In this document: one piece after another, positions 8,716 to 18,282 of the stretch | Numbering within the stretch: position 1 is the first letter of the stretch | Layout: the number at the start of each line of letters is the position of its first letter | Source: a bacterium | Lineage (GTDB): Bacteria > Hinthialibacterota > Hinthialibacteria > Hinthialibacterales > Hinthialibacteraceae | Reading direction: 5' to 3' | Assembly: GCA_041946805.1 (NCBI GenBank) | Contig: JBHGBC010000011.1 | Location: 1-64,000 of the forward strand | Length of the DNA stretch: 64,000 nt | Translations under genes and position numbers: made by a program | The notes under the pieces: generated by a model | The model's input: only the letters and a program-made list of their open reading frames with translations | Told to the model about the DNA's origin: nothing | The model's database searches: none

Positions 8716-10878
8716 CTATAAATCAACGGCGATGATTTCATGGTCCAGTATTTCAGGAACGGTCAACGAGATGATGCCTTGATATTCATTCGCCTCCGGG
8801 ATTGAATCCCTCATCAGCAATTGCACTTTCCGCGCGGCTTTCCCTGGGGGCAATTGTATTTTGACTTCCAGCGGTCCGAGGGGCAGCAGTTCCCGGAACG
8901 GGCCTTTCATCATCATGGGATTGGTCAGATTGACCAGGTGGACCGTCAGGGATGCTTTTTGCCGCCAAATCATCACGTCCAGAAATCCCGGGCCGGTTAC
9001 CGTGACGGGTTTGTCTTCGTTGAGCGCCCATTCCACGGCATTGCGCAGCAACTGGCCGTGATCCACATTCATCACTTCCCAAAACACCCGGTCGATATCC
9101 CATGGAAAATAAACCACGCGTCCCTGGCCCCGGCCGCGTAAATAGATTCCCCGAATATCGGTTTGAACGATCCGGGGATATACGTCCTCCATGGGCAGAT
9201 CCGGATAGGTAGGAATCAAGGTAAGCGGAGAAGGGAATTCCGTTAGCGGTTCCACTTCCAATTGCCATACGCCATTGATGATCCGCCCGGCGTCTTCCAA
9301 TCCCGCCAGGATTGGGTGATAGGGGCCGGCATCCGGCTCGCTTTCCAATTTCCAATACGAATTTCGGATCGGCCCGTCCATGCGTTTCTTGAAAGAAACT
9401 CCGAAAACATCGGCAAGGCCGAAATCGCTTCTCCGTTTCCCCTCCTCGTCGGCCAGCGAGGTTTCGTACGTGGCGATCAAACTGCCTCCCCGGTGCACGA
9501 AGTCCCGGATTTGCCGGCAGGCCGCATCGGAAAGAGAAACCAGATTGGGCAGGATCAACAATTTGTATGGCTTGATCCGCTCCGGTTCCAGCAGATCCGC
9601 GTGGACCATCTCAAAGGGAACGCGGGCTTCCAGGAGCGCGTGGTACATCCCCTGCGTGGCCTCGCTGGACCGCGTGTCGTCCGCGTAGGCCAGGGCCACG
9701 CGCGCCAGGGAGTGTTCATTGCGCAAATACCGCTCGGCCCGGTAATACCGGTTGTAAAGACCTTCCACCACCTTGAGCCAGCGCCGGTCGTAAAGGGTTC
9801 CGGAGAACTTGGTGAACCACGGGCGCAGGCCGTTGGCGGTGGCTTCGGCCACCCAGATCCGTATTTCCGCTTCGCTTTGCACCGAATCCTTCCAGCGGTA
9901 CGGTTCTTCGAGCCCGACGCTGAACAGGCCCACCACCGGCTTGTTTCCCATTACGGCGCGGTATTCCTTGCCGGTTTTGCCGTTCGACCAGGGGGGAACA
10001 AAGCCCCGGCGGGCTTGATGGTCGATGACAAAAATATCCGCCATTTCTCCAATCGTTTTGAAATCGGGAAAGCCGTTGGGAATGAACCGCGCCCGGGGAT
10101 TGATTTGACGGATTTCCCGGTCCCACAGCCGCCAGAGATCGCGCAGCCGTTGTCTCATCCAGATGGTGTAGGGTTTCCTTGCCGGATCTTGGGGATTTCC
10201 CGAAGGCAGCTCCATGCCCGTGGCTTCGCGGAAGCTCCTCCGGCAATGCTCGCAATAACACAATCCATGACCTGCCCAGCGATTGGAAAAAATACCGTCC
10301 ACGGAGTACAACGACACGATTTCTTTGTGGACGGCGGTCATGAATTCAAAATTGTAAGGGCCCAGCGCGCAGGTCACCCACAAATCCGGATTCGCCCAGT
10401 GCCGTTTTTTATGGCCTTCTGGGTCCACGGCGATCCAATCCGGATGCGCGTCATGCACATCCTGCCGCGCGGCATGGGGATCCGTGCGGGCGATGACGAT
10501 CCGGTTCCGCCGGCGGCATCCCGCGAGCAGTTCACCAAAGGGATCCGTGTCCTTCATCCAGGCGCTGCGGTGATGCAACGGGATTTGAGTTGGATAATAA
10601 GCCACGATTCCCCCCGCGCTCAAACAGACCGCGTCGCAATGAATCCGGTCGAAATAATCCAGCCAAAATTGCGGGTCATAGCGCCCGGGATCGTTTTCCA
10701 CCAAGGTCAGCTGCGCCCACCGCATCGGGTGGCCGAACCAACTGTCATCCGGGCCGGAGGCTCCGGATTCATTGGCGGACGCCTGGGATAACCGGCCTCC
10801 CGCAAGGGGAAATCCAGACAACAGGGCCGTCCGGATAAATTCCCGCCGGCTCCATTCTTGGGCATGAAGCGATGGCAT
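8716..10878 (-). CDS. Tat-exported putative glycoside hydrolase (GHL6/GH42-like TIM barrel plus beta-galactosidase trimerisation-type domain)
   Basis: SRREFI twin-arginine signal; AGGIVAYYPT, VDGIFSNRW, CYCEHC; YKLLILPN...FVHRGGSLIATYETSL class I amidotransferase-like domain. Confidence 0.75.
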   Translation of the reverse strand: MPSLHAQEWSRREFIRTALLSGFPLAGGRLSQASANESGASGPDDSWFGHPMRWAQLTLVENDPGRYDPQFWLDYFDRIHCDAVCLSAGGIVAYYPTQIPLHHRSAWMKDTDPFGELLAGCRRRNRIVIARTDPHAARQDVHDAHPDWIAVDPEGHKKRHWANPDLWVTCALGPYNFEFMTAVHKEIVSLYSVDGIFSNRWAGHGLCYCEHCRRSFREATGMELPSGNPQDPARKPYTIWMRQRLRDLWRLWDREIRQINPRARFIPNGFPDFKTIGEMADIFVIDHQARRGFVPPWSNGKTGKEYRAVMGNKPVVGLFSVGLEEPYRWKDSVQSEAEIRIWVAEATANGLRPWFTKFSGTLYDRRWLKVVEGLYNRYYRAERYLRNEHSLARVALAYADDTRSSEATQGMYHALLEARVPFEMVHADLLEPERIKPYKLLILPNLVSLSDAACRQIRDFVHRGGSLIATYETSLADEEGKRRSDFGLADVFGVSFKKRMDGPIRNSYWKLESEPDAGPYHPILAGLEDAGRIINGVWQLEVEPLTEFPSPLTLIPTYPDLPMEDVYPRIVQTDIRGIYLRGRGQGRVVYFPWDIDRVFWEVMNVDHGQLLRNAVEWALNEDKPVTVTGPGFLDVMIWRQKASLTVHLVNLTNPMMMKGPFRELLPLGPLEVKIQLPPGKAARKVQLLMRDSIPEANEYQGIISLTVPEILDHEIIAVDL

Positions 10879-11106
10879 GATCGTTACCTTTCCTTTGGAT
10901 TCAAAACGTAACTCGTTTATCCTGACGTTTCGGTGAGTCTGGTTCCATCCCGGATTGGCTGCCCAGGCCGGTTGATCCAGTTGGGTATCGCTGCCGCATG
11001 GCATACGGCTGGTTTGAAAATTATGGCTCTTCCGGCAAGTGCGTACCTTTTCCAAAGGGGGTGATCGGTTTCCAACGGATCAGGTCTGAGTGAACCACCC
11101 CATCTT

Positions 11107-11139
11107 CCCTCTCTCCCCGGGAGAGGGCCAGGGTGAGGG
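11107..11139. repeat. palindromic repeat family A
   Basis: CCCTCTCTCCCCGGGAGAGGGCCAGGGTGAGGG. Confidence 0.8.
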
Positions 11140-11216
11140 AAAGCCTGCGTACACGCAATCTCCCCCGATTTCACGCCGCCATTGTCCGCGCAAACCATCA
11201 CCCCCCGCTGCGCCTC

Positions 11217-13034
11217 TCACAACGACAACAAAAACGCCTCCAAATCGCCGATCTGTTCTTGGCGCAAGTGCGATGTCCTGCCGTGTCGATCGTGCGCGTT
11301 GCGGGTGGTCAGCACGTCGCGGAGATCGGCCGCGCCGCCGTCGTGCAGGTAGGGAGCGGTGCGCCATATCTCGATCAGGTGGGGCGTATCGAATATTCCG
11401 TTCTTGTCCAATGGCCCCCGCGTGCCCACGTCGTAAGACTGCAAGTCGGTGTAGAAGGGGCCAGAGTGGCATGCGGCGCACCCCACGGCGGGATCGTGAA
11501 ACAAGCGTTCTCCCCGCCGCGCCGCTTCCTGATGTGGGGAATCGCGAAGATACGGGCTGGGCCACGGCCGTAATGATTTCAGGTATTCATCGATGGCAGA
11601 ATATTCGGTTTCCGTACGCACGGAAAAGAGAATATGTTTCATCCCGCTGCGCACGGCTTCCTCGGCGGTTTCGCGCACGCCGGTGCTCATCGCGGGAGGC
11701 GTTCGGTGCGACAGCAGCAGGCTCTTGGTGTTCTTGGGATTGCCCAGGCCGTCGTTGAGCAGGTCCCAGTTCAATCCATCCACGCGCGCGTCCGGGTGGC
11801 AAGTGGCGCAGCTTTGCCAGCCTTGATAAGCGATCGACGCGTCGTGAAACAGCGCCTCGCCCCGGCGGATTTCATCCGGGTTGGATGCCTCTCCCAACGA
11901 TATCGTCTTCACGCCGGGCTTGCCTGGTGACGCGAAATCCAATACCGCCAGATTGTCTGAGAAATACTGCGTAACCACCGCTTTCATTCCGGCGAATGCC
12001 AAGCCGCGCGGCCCTTGGCCGGTAAGTGGAATCCGCGTCCGCAGATCTTTCAAAAAAGTCAGATCGGTGGCGGGCTCCGCGGAACCGGGCGATTCCAATT
12101 TCTTTCTCAACGCCGGCCAATCGATGCAACTCAGCTCATGCGCCCCCGCGTGGGTCACGCCCAGATAGCGGCCGTCCGGCGAGCAGGCCACCGCCCAGGG
12201 ATTGGCGGCCCCGCGGTCCATCTCGTCGAGCAGCACGGTCCCGAAGATCCGGGCGTTGGGGATGTCGATGACCGTCAAGGCGTTGCCGGCCATCCAGCCG
12301 CGGTCGAGTTGCGTGGTCGGCAGTGTGAAATGCGCCAGGATGTGCGTCACGAAAGCGAAACGGCCGTCCGGCGAGAGGCATAATCCCTTTAGGCATGTGA
12401 CGCCGTTCGGCATGACCACCTCGGCGAGGGTTCGCTTTTGCATGACATCGATCAACCAGACAGACGCGGCCACGTGCTCCGCGTCAGCGGGTCCGGCGGG
12501 GAGATGATGCGCCACGGCCAGCGTTTTCCCGTCCGGAGTCAGGGCCGCGGCGATGGGTTCACGGGAGACAGGATAGCGGTGGATTTCGGTCTTCGTGTCG
12601 AGGCCGATTTGGGATATAGAATTTTCGAAGCGGTTGCAAACGAAGATCGTTTTTCCGTCCCGGGATAACACCGGCGAACAAGCGCCCGCGCCCGCCGGGA
12701 TGGTATACAGCTTTTCCATGTTTCCGGCATCGATTGCAAAAAACGCCTCATTGGAAGACGAACACGTTACATACAGCACTTGCCCGTCCGGAGACAACGC
12801 AAGCCCCGTGGGCTCGCCGGGCAACGAAACACGCATCCGCACGGCCGCCGGATCGCCATCGAGTTTCGCCACCCGGCGGGCGGTTTTTTCCGCGGCGTAG
12901 AGCGTATGCCCATCTTGGTCGGCCACCACCGCCTCGGGCGAGAGCCAAGGAACGGCGGGATCACCGGGCAATTCCGCGGCGAAGGCGTGAAACGCCAGAC
13001 CGGTCAAAACGAGAATGAAGCCTTGACGTGCCAA
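11217..13034 (-). CDS. secreted YVTN/YncE beta-propeller fused to a di-haem cytochrome c (peroxidase/MauG-like) domain
   Basis: Signal peptide; repeated LSPDG blades; CATCH and CAACH haem motifs; DTPHL...TAPYLHDG; TTG start after AGGAG. Confidence 0.85.
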   Translation of the reverse strand: MARQGFILVLTGLAFHAFAAELPGDPAVPWLSPEAVVADQDGHTLYAAEKTARRVAKLDGDPAAVRMRVSLPGEPTGLALSPDGQVLYVTCSSSNEAFFAIDAGNMEKLYTIPAGAGACSPVLSRDGKTIFVCNRFENSISQIGLDTKTEIHRYPVSREPIAAALTPDGKTLAVAHHLPAGPADAEHVAASVWLIDVMQKRTLAEVVMPNGVTCLKGLCLSPDGRFAFVTHILAHFTLPTTQLDRGWMAGNALTVIDIPNARIFGTVLLDEMDRGAANPWAVACSPDGRYLGVTHAGAHELSCIDWPALRKKLESPGSAEPATDLTFLKDLRTRIPLTGQGPRGLAFAGMKAVVTQYFSDNLAVLDFASPGKPGVKTISLGEASNPDEIRRGEALFHDASIAYQGWQSCATCHPDARVDGLNWDLLNDGLGNPKNTKSLLLSHRTPPAMSTGVRETAEEAVRSGMKHILFSVRTETEYSAIDEYLKSLRPWPSPYLRDSPHQEAARRGERLFHDPAVGCAACHSGPFYTDLQSYDVGTRGPLDKNGIFDTPHLIEIWRTAPYLHDGGAADLRDVLTTRNAHDRHGRTSHLRQEQIGDLEAFLLSL

Positions 13035-13125
13035 TTTTGTAACTCCTGATGTATTGTCAAGAATGATCCACCTTATGGCTTATGGCCAACGCGTCCAATG
13101 TTCCTATTTACTGGAATACTATTCA

Positions 13126-13227
13126 AGCGCCACCGGTACGCCAGAAGCTAGCCCAGGGCAACGCCCTGGGAAAATGACGATAAAAGTAATAATCCCCTCT
13201 CCCTCCGGGAGAGGGCTAGGGTAAGGG
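13126..13227. repeat. composite repeat B+A
   Basis: GCGCCAnCGG..TAGCCCAGGGCAACGCCCTGGG, AT-rich spacer, then a family A hairpin. Confidence 0.8.
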
Positions 13228-13486
13228 AAATCCTTTCTCAGCGCTCTCACGTCTCGGATTGCGCTCTCACCCCGCTCTTCCCCCCGCGCCCCTTTCCAGG
13301 GGCCGCGGTCCAGCTATTTCCCTGGGCTATTTTGATCCTAAATAAAAATTCTACGTTCTTCGCATCTCCTGGAGGCTTCCCATTTTTCTTTATGGGGGAA
13401 ATTGTGCGTTTCAAGATAAATAGGGTATGATGGGTCACACCTAGAAGCCACGTCAGGGGGAGGAAAGGATGTTTTGTCATAAATGG

Positions 13487-15802
13487 ATGCCAATGGCTGG
13501 GAGCGTCATAATCGCTTTGTGGACCGGAACATGGGCCGTCAACATCTCCTGGGCGGAAGATGAAACCACCGCGTTCCGGCGAACCATCGAAGCGGATTGG
13601 GAGCGGCAGGAAGCCCGCTTGGGCCGCGCCGCCGGCGATCCCGCCGCGATTCTCGAGGCCGCCGCGCGCGGCGAACGGCTGCTGTCGGATTTGCAAAACC
13701 TCGAAAACGCACCCAGTCTGGACCGCGAACGCCAGGCCCTCTCCCGCCTGCGCGGCCGGCTGGCGGATATTCAATCCCTCTCCGAAGATCAACGCCTCAA
13801 TCTCTACCGGGAGATCCGCTGGCTCAACCGTGACATCGCCTTGAAGAATCCGTTGGTGGGCGATTCGCCCATCGTCTTCCTGAAACGCAAACGCTTCATC
13901 TGCCAAATGCTGCATGAATACCTGGGATATTTTTATGATTACGAGGACATCGCGGGCGGAAGCGTCTGTGTGCTGGATCATCCCGGCTCTTCCCTGCAAA
14001 TCCGCGACCTGGTGGCCGGCCGCCTGCCCAAGGGCAACTATACCACTTTGTCTTTGTCGTACGACGCGCGAACGGTCTTCTTCGCCTTTTCGGAACGAGC
14101 CCCCGAAAAACCGGACTATTATTCCCCCCAACGCCGGTGTTTCCATATCTTCCGCATGGACGCGGATGGCTCCAACCTGCGCCAACTGACGGACGGTCTT
14201 TTCGACGATTTCGATCCCTGCGAGTTGCCGGATGGGGACATCGCCTTCATGTCCACGCGCCGGGGCGGATTCGGCCGCTGCCACAATCCCTGGGAACCGC
14301 TGCCCACCTACACCCTGCACCGCATGAATCCCGGTGGCACAAATATCCGCACGTTGTCGTTCCATGAAACCAACGAGTGGCATCCCAGCGTGCTGAACGA
14401 CGGCCGTGTCGTATATACCCGCTGGGATTACGTGGACCGCTCGGCGGCCCATTTCCACGGCCTCTGGGCCAATTTCCCCGATGGCAGCAATCCGGTTTCC
14501 CTCTTCGGCAGCTACACGCAGCGGATCAACGCGTGCTACCAGCCCCACGCCATTCCCGGATCCAACAAGATCGTCTTCGTGGCGGGCGCCCATCACGCCG
14601 ACGTGGGTGGCTCGCTGGTGGTGGTGGATCCCAGCCGGACCGTGTTTGATCCCCAGACCGGAGAGGATGATTTCCGCTCCCTGGAATTTCTGACTCCGGA
14701 AGTGTGTTTCCCTGAAGCGCCGGGCTGGCCCAAGAGTTATTTTCACAGCCCCTGGCCGCTGTCAGAGAACTATTATCTCGTCTCGTTCAGCTTCGATCCC
14801 CTGCCGGGTATGGGACCGAATGTGAAGCAAGACACGGAAACGGGGATTTATCTCTTTGATCGTTTTGGCAACTTGGAACTGCTCTACCGGGAAGCCGGGA
14901 TCTCGAGCATGTATCCCATCCCCCTGCGCTCCCGGCCGGTTCCGCCCCGCCTGCCCTCCACGCTCGACGCGAAGATGGGGAATGAGGGGGAGTTCCTCCT
15001 CGCCAATGTGTATCAAAGCCTGTTTCCCTTGCCGGAAACGCGTCCCGTGGATCACCTGCGCGTCTTCCAGATTCTGCCCAAAAGCGAAACCCATGTGGCC
15101 AACCAGCCGCGGCTGGGCTATGCCAACGCGGAATCGGCGCGGATGCTGTTGGGCACGGTTCCGGTGGAGAAGGACGGTTCCGCCTATTTCCGCGTCCCCG
15201 CCCGCGTGCCGGTGAGTTTCCAGGCCGTGGACACCGAAGGCCGGGCCGTGCAGGGCATGCGCAGCCTGACCTACCTGCAGCCGGGCGAACGCCGGGGCTG
15301 CGTCGGCTGCCATGAGCCTTCGGGAACGGCCGTGCCGGTGGAACGGACGCTGGCTTCGGTGCGGGAACCTTCACGCATCGAACCGGGGCCGGACGGCTCG
15401 AAGCCTTGGAGTTACCCCCGGCTGGCGCAGCCCATCCTCGATAAGCATTGCGTGGCGTGCCATGGCGAGGGCGGAAATCCGCCGGACCTTCGCGGCTTGC
15501 CCGTGGGTACCTTCACGATTTCGTATGAAAGCCTCAAACCGTACACGCGGTGGTACGAATGGGGAGACAGCACCATTTCCGTCATTGCCACGAAGCCCGG
15601 AGAAATGCCCGCCGATGTCAGCCCTCTGCCCCAAATCTGGGAAGACGTTAATCACAAAGACAAAGTCAGACTAAGCGATGAAGAACGGCGGAGGCTGTAT
15701 CTTTGGCTGGATGGCAATGCCTCGTTCTATGGCGCCTATTCCAACGCCGAACAGGTCGCGCAACGGCAGGGGGAAGCCATTCCTCCTCCGGCGTTGCAGT
15801 AG
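13487..15802 (+). CDS. hydrazine synthase alpha subunit (HzsA)-related secreted di-haem protein
   Basis: Signal peptide; TolB-like propeller (DFDPCELPDGDIAFMSTR, DGRVVYTRWDYVDR); LGTVPVEKDGSAYFRVPA...FQAVD.EGRAVQ.MRS..YLQPGE.RGCVGCHE middle-domain signature; second haem motif CVACH. Start could also be 13469 or 13493. Confidence 0.85.
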   Translation: MPMAGSVIIALWTGTWAVNISWAEDETTAFRRTIEADWERQEARLGRAAGDPAAILEAAARGERLLSDLQNLENAPSLDRERQALSRLRGRLADIQSLSEDQRLNLYREIRWLNRDIALKNPLVGDSPIVFLKRKRFICQMLHEYLGYFYDYEDIAGGSVCVLDHPGSSLQIRDLVAGRLPKGNYTTLSLSYDARTVFFAFSERAPEKPDYYSPQRRCFHIFRMDADGSNLRQLTDGLFDDFDPCELPDGDIAFMSTRRGGFGRCHNPWEPLPTYTLHRMNPGGTNIRTLSFHETNEWHPSVLNDGRVVYTRWDYVDRSAAHFHGLWANFPDGSNPVSLFGSYTQRINACYQPHAIPGSNKIVFVAGAHHADVGGSLVVVDPSRTVFDPQTGEDDFRSLEFLTPEVCFPEAPGWPKSYFHSPWPLSENYYLVSFSFDPLPGMGPNVKQDTETGIYLFDRFGNLELLYREAGISSMYPIPLRSRPVPPRLPSTLDAKMGNEGEFLLANVYQSLFPLPETRPVDHLRVFQILPKSETHVANQPRLGYANAESARMLLGTVPVEKDGSAYFRVPARVPVSFQAVDTEGRAVQGMRSLTYLQPGERRGCVGCHEPSGTAVPVERTLASVREPSRIEPGPDGSKPWSYPRLAQPILDKHCVACHGEGGNPPDLRGLPVGTFTISYESLKPYTRWYEWGDSTISVIATKPGEMPADVSPLPQIWEDVNHKDKVRLSDEERRRLYLWLDGNASFYGAYSNAEQVAQRQGEAIPPPALQ

Positions 15803-15834
15803 GGAAACGCGCGCTTCTTCCACGGTCATTATTC

Positions 15835-16170
15835 GTCGGGGCATGTTGCACCGTGCCCCGACGAAGTTTAGCGAATGACAGCCGGGTGGAGGATGCTGAA
15901 ACAAAAGTAATGAATCTCCTCTCCCTCCGGGAGAGGGCTAGGGTGAGGGAAGCCCTGGAAGGGCGATCTCCATGAATTCCTCGCAGCGGGTAAAGCGGTG
16001 GGCTCAAAGCGCGGCATAGCCTACCAGCATGATCCGAGTCCCCTTCAGGGGACGGCTTTATAGCAGCCCTGGGTTTCAACCCTGGGCTGGCGCCCTGCCG
16101 GCTTTAATCCCGCGGAGGACTGCCCTGCGATGACGACGATCCCCGGTCTCAACCCTGGGCTGGCGCCCTA
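15835..16170. repeat. cluster of palindromic repeats (GTCGGGGCA..TGCCCCGAC, family A with tail, GGTGGGCT..AGCCTACC, B-like CCCTGGG hairpins)
   Basis: Successive inverted repeats fill the gap between convergent genes; TCAACCCTGGGCTGGCGCCCT occurs twice. Confidence 0.7.
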
Positions 16171-17538
16171 CGGTTGCAACACCCCCCAATCCTCCACGCC
16201 TTGCTGTCCCGCGCCTTGCGATCCCATGGCGGAGCCGCCGGTCCCGGCCGTCAATAGGGGAGAAGTCGCTTTGAGCGTGAAATTGGTGGTGTCCTCATAC
16301 TGGGGATCCACGAAGAGATTGTCTTTCCCCGTCACGTTGACCAGGGCAAAATCAGGATTCGTCACGAAAATATCGCAATGGTCGGCGACAAACGCCTGGA
16401 GGTCCCGGTCCTCGAAGAAATTCTCATTCACAAAACCTTCTCCTCCCGTCACGATGCAATTGGTGAAGGTGGCGGTGACCGGTTTGCCGGGATTTTGCCA
16501 ATAAACCGCGCTCAGGGCCGCCTGGTACAGGTCGCAATGGTCCACCGAAACCACGACATCAAAATCCCCGTCGGCCTCGATCAGCAGATCCCGCCCCAGG
16601 GAAAAAGTCATGATGCAGCCGCTGGCATTCAATTTTCCATCCTGGATGAAGATATGCGCGGTTTTGGAATCCTCGAACCGGCAGTTGGTCACGGTGACAT
16701 CCGGCGCGGCGCCGTGGTAGTTGGGATCGTAGTCGATGTTGATCCCTTTGTCGGCGCTGTTGGTGATCCGGCAATTCTCCAGGAACACTTGCCCGCCGCC
16801 CACCTGCACGCCCTGCGCGGTGGAGTCCTGGATCAGGCAGTTCTTGACCGTGGTTTTTCCGTCATGGGTTTGCACACCGACCAGGTTGCCGGTGAACGTG
16901 CAATCCTCCACCGTCATCTCCCCCGCCGGGAACGCGGGATTGAACGTGGTCGTCACCGTCCCGTAGGGGCAATCGGTGAACACGCACTGCGATACCGTCA
17001 CGCTGGCCGGAGTGCTGGAAAGCGTCACCGCCAGGACGCCCAGGTGATCGCCGGACACGGCGCTGCCCGGTCCCATCACCCGGCAATTTTTCACGGAAAC
17101 CAACGGGGCCGCGACCAGCACGACGGAACTGATCGGAACCGCGTTCAGTTCCTGCGTGGGGTTGTACAGCGTCAAGCCCTCGATCACCACATTGGGCGCT
17201 TGCACCACCAGCCCGGCGTAATCGATGCCCGGCACGCCGATCGCCGCGAACCGCTCCATCTCGTTGGCCGCCACGATGGTGGGGGTCTGGCCGGCCGCCG
17301 CGCGCAGGGTGATTCCCGGCGTGACGATCGTCACGTCTTCCAAATAATCCTGGCTGTCGGCGATTTCGACGATATCCCCGGTTTGGGCCGCCGCCACGGC
17401 CGCGTTGATGGTGGTCCGCGCTCCCCCGCTGCCGTCTTTCTTGACGGGAATGATCCCCGCCTGCAATCCTCCGGACGCAATTCCCAGCAACGCGAAAACG
17501 GCCAGCATGCGAATCAGAAAATCCAACCGCTGTTTCAT
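16168..17538 (-). CDS. secreted right-handed parallel beta-helix repeat protein
   Basis: Signal peptide; TINAAVAAA..GD.V.I start; repeated VxNCxF/I strands; DPQY...FTLKATSP...AGT.GS.MG tail; AAGGAGG RBS. Confidence 0.85.
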   Translation of the reverse strand: MKQRLDFLIRMLAVFALLGIASGGLQAGIIPVKKDGSGGARTTINAAVAAAQTGDIVEIADSQDYLEDVTIVTPGITLRAAAGQTPTIVAANEMERFAAIGVPGIDYAGLVVQAPNVVIEGLTLYNPTQELNAVPISSVVLVAAPLVSVKNCRVMGPGSAVSGDHLGVLAVTLSSTPASVTVSQCVFTDCPYGTVTTTFNPAFPAGEMTVEDCTFTGNLVGVQTHDGKTTVKNCLIQDSTAQGVQVGGGQVFLENCRITNSADKGINIDYDPNYHGAAPDVTVTNCRFEDSKTAHIFIQDGKLNASGCIMTFSLGRDLLIEADGDFDVVVSVDHCDLYQAALSAVYWQNPGKPVTATFTNCIVTGGEGFVNENFFEDRDLQAFVADHCDIFVTNPDFALVNVTGKDNLFVDPQYEDTTNFTLKATSPLLTAGTGGSAMGSQGAGQQGVEDWGVLQP

Positions 17539-17737
17539 CACGCGCCCTCCTTCTTTCTGATTCCTCAAAATGATGTCTTCACACATACCGGCATTCCATT
17601 TGATCCGGATGTTCACCAATCCCATCCAGGGACCGGTTTTTCCCGATTGTAGTAAATCGACGGAGTGTTGCCTACGCCGGTTCAAGGATTAAGGTATCTC
17701 CCCGGGGGATCGATCATGACCACCGGTCTTCCCATGA

Positions 17738-17765
17738 TGTCATCCCCGCGAAAGCGGGGATCCAG
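17738..17765. repeat. palindromic repeat family E (TGTCATCCCCGC-N4-GCGGG(G/A)ATCCAG)
   Basis: Other copies at 26571-26598, 34359-34385 (inverted) and 57917-57943. Confidence 0.75.
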
Positions 17766-17796
17766 GCCGTTGTGGTGCAGACATCCTGCCTGCAAT

Positions 17797-17975
17797 CAAT
17801 CCCGTAGGGATTGAATATGAATAGCCGGGGGTGACAACCCCCGGTACTGTTCTAAAAGATTTCGACCACGCCGGGGTCGAATAAAAATGAATTCAATCCC
17901 TACGGGGTTGGTATTTTTTCCCCGGGACCGTAGGCTGTCGCCTACGGCTATTCACATTCAACCCCTACAGGGTTG
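17797..17975. mobile_element. 179-bp MITE-like multi-hairpin element
   Basis: 31-bp terminal inverted repeats (27/31 match) enclosing internal hairpins; no coding capacity. Confidence 0.65.
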
Positions 17976-18282
17976 GGGCATCTTTTTCATGAAAGGGACA
18001 CGGAATAAAGGCTCATCCGGCAAATGAGTATAAGATGGCAAAACATCTCAAATTCGTTACTCCAAACCGATGGGAAAGCCTTCTTTCTCTCGCCCTTCTT
18101 GAAAAGAAATACCCGCAATCGCGGGAATTCCAATCACCTCCTAACCTCTCCCAATCTTTGGGGAAGGAGTTGTTTATTCCACGAATATTGATTCTCCCCC
18201 CGCCATCATTTTTAGAGGGGGAGTGACAGTTTCATCAAGTACACACTTACCGGATAAACCTTCGATAAATATCGGTCGTTGG

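Noticed and set aside
9262..10791. Long antisense ORFs (also 13247-14746, 18223-19557, 27187-28665, 54234-55799, 58284-59645, 60297-61661)
   Set aside because: Shadow frames opposite well-supported genes, as expected in high-GC DNA; no motifs of their own.
13035..13060. TTGACA upstream of the cytochrome c gene as its promoter
   Set aside because: The implied transcription start would fall downstream of the AGGAG RBS and at the start codon.
13487..15802. Calling this true hzsA and the organism an anammox bacterium
   Set aside because: No hydrazine dehydrogenase, HAO or other anammox genes nearby; HzsA-like domains occur outside anammox bacteria.
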